DNA of 64,000 nucleotides from Haliotis rubra (taxonomy: Eukaryota): positions 434,001-498,000 of the forward strand of contig NW_025767401.1 of the NCBI RefSeq assembly GCF_003918875.1, written 5' to 3'. The position numbers were made by a program, and so were the translations under genes. A model generated the notes under the pieces. It saw nothing but the letters and a program-made list of their open reading frames with translations. It searched no databases and was not told the DNA's origin. Below are positions 63,217 through 64,000 of this stretch, in pieces. Each line of letters starts with the position of its first letter. Positions within the stretch are counted from its first letter, which is position 1.

Positions 63217-64000
63217 ACGCCTATCTCATTCCCGATTCAAACTTTCTGTCTCAATGCGCCGAAAACAACCAGCACAAAGAACGTTGGCAGTAAGTTTTAG
63301 GTAAATTGGATCCAAACAGTAGTTTTTAATTTTGCAAATACTACAACTATTAACAATATCAAAATATAAGATGCGTATACATTCGTACACATTTGACATT
63401 GCTAACGACATCTGTTTTGTAGGATGTACTATGTTAACACGCGCATGGATATCATCACTTCCGCAGTGTAGTAAGGCTTTGTACGATTCGCGCGGCGGTT
63501 TATCCAGAAGACATTGATAACTTAACGCGTTAAATGTTTATTAAAAACATAAGCATCATTTGATTTCATGTCTAAATTACTTCTTACAACAACGCGGAAT
63601 TAATCTGGTAAGTGAAAAGGTAAGGTATTTAGCAATCTTGGTGTTTTGTTGTGAATAATATTTGTACGCATGGTTCATGTTTTGGTTTAGGTGCTGATTT
63701 CAAAGCTGAAGGCAGCTGATATTTTTGTTTCCGCGGGAACAAAGAATCCAAGCCTGCGTTAGTCTGATAGATCTGTAGATTGAATTTAGGATAATTGTTT
63801 TATGATTTAAGTTAAATCCCTTCAGAGATCACGATGAAACAATACTGAACAGACATATAAAAACCAAATATTTAAAGTTCCCGCTGAAGAATGACAGCGC
63901 ACATCGCCTAAGGTTTTTGTTGCTTAGTGGAAATAGGTCATGTGTCACGAAGGCGGTTGATGCCCGCCACTAAAGTATTTGCTAGCATTCTAAAATTATA

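Overview
Eukaryotic, AT-rich, intron-containing animal DNA. The SINE, HINE and MITE repertoire looks molluscan, possibly gastropod; this is inference. I assembled four spliced host genes by hand. (1) A 2-exon RNF139/TRC8 sterol-sensing RING E3 ligase (+, 1255-6053), with a 1-nt frameshift in the RING that is probably a consensus error. (2) An AT-hook plus 8x C2H2 zinc-finger gene (-, 34226-13411). (3) A 4-exon orphan gene with two LPLKK motifs and two perfect CRE sites upstream (-, 43622-39470). (4) An ~893-aa Ser/Lys/Arg-rich protein ending in a CaaX box, CSVM (-, 58110-52659). The most striking structure is a pair of full-length DIRS tyrosine-recombinase retrotransposons from two different families (about 16154-22804 and 22809-28510). 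They abut head-to-tail inside one intron of the zinc-finger gene, and each has inverted LTRs, an ICR, gag, RT-RNaseH-MT and YR. They share a short conserved cis-module beside the ICR and have long, hairpin-rich 3' regions. The rest is tRNA-derived SINEs, a non-tRNA SINE with a pseudoknot-like head, Helentron-type HINEs with ~170-bp tandem units, MITEs, a LINE 3' end and mini/microsatellites. Frequent single-base indels suggest imperfect long-read consensus, so frameshifts should be treated cautiously.
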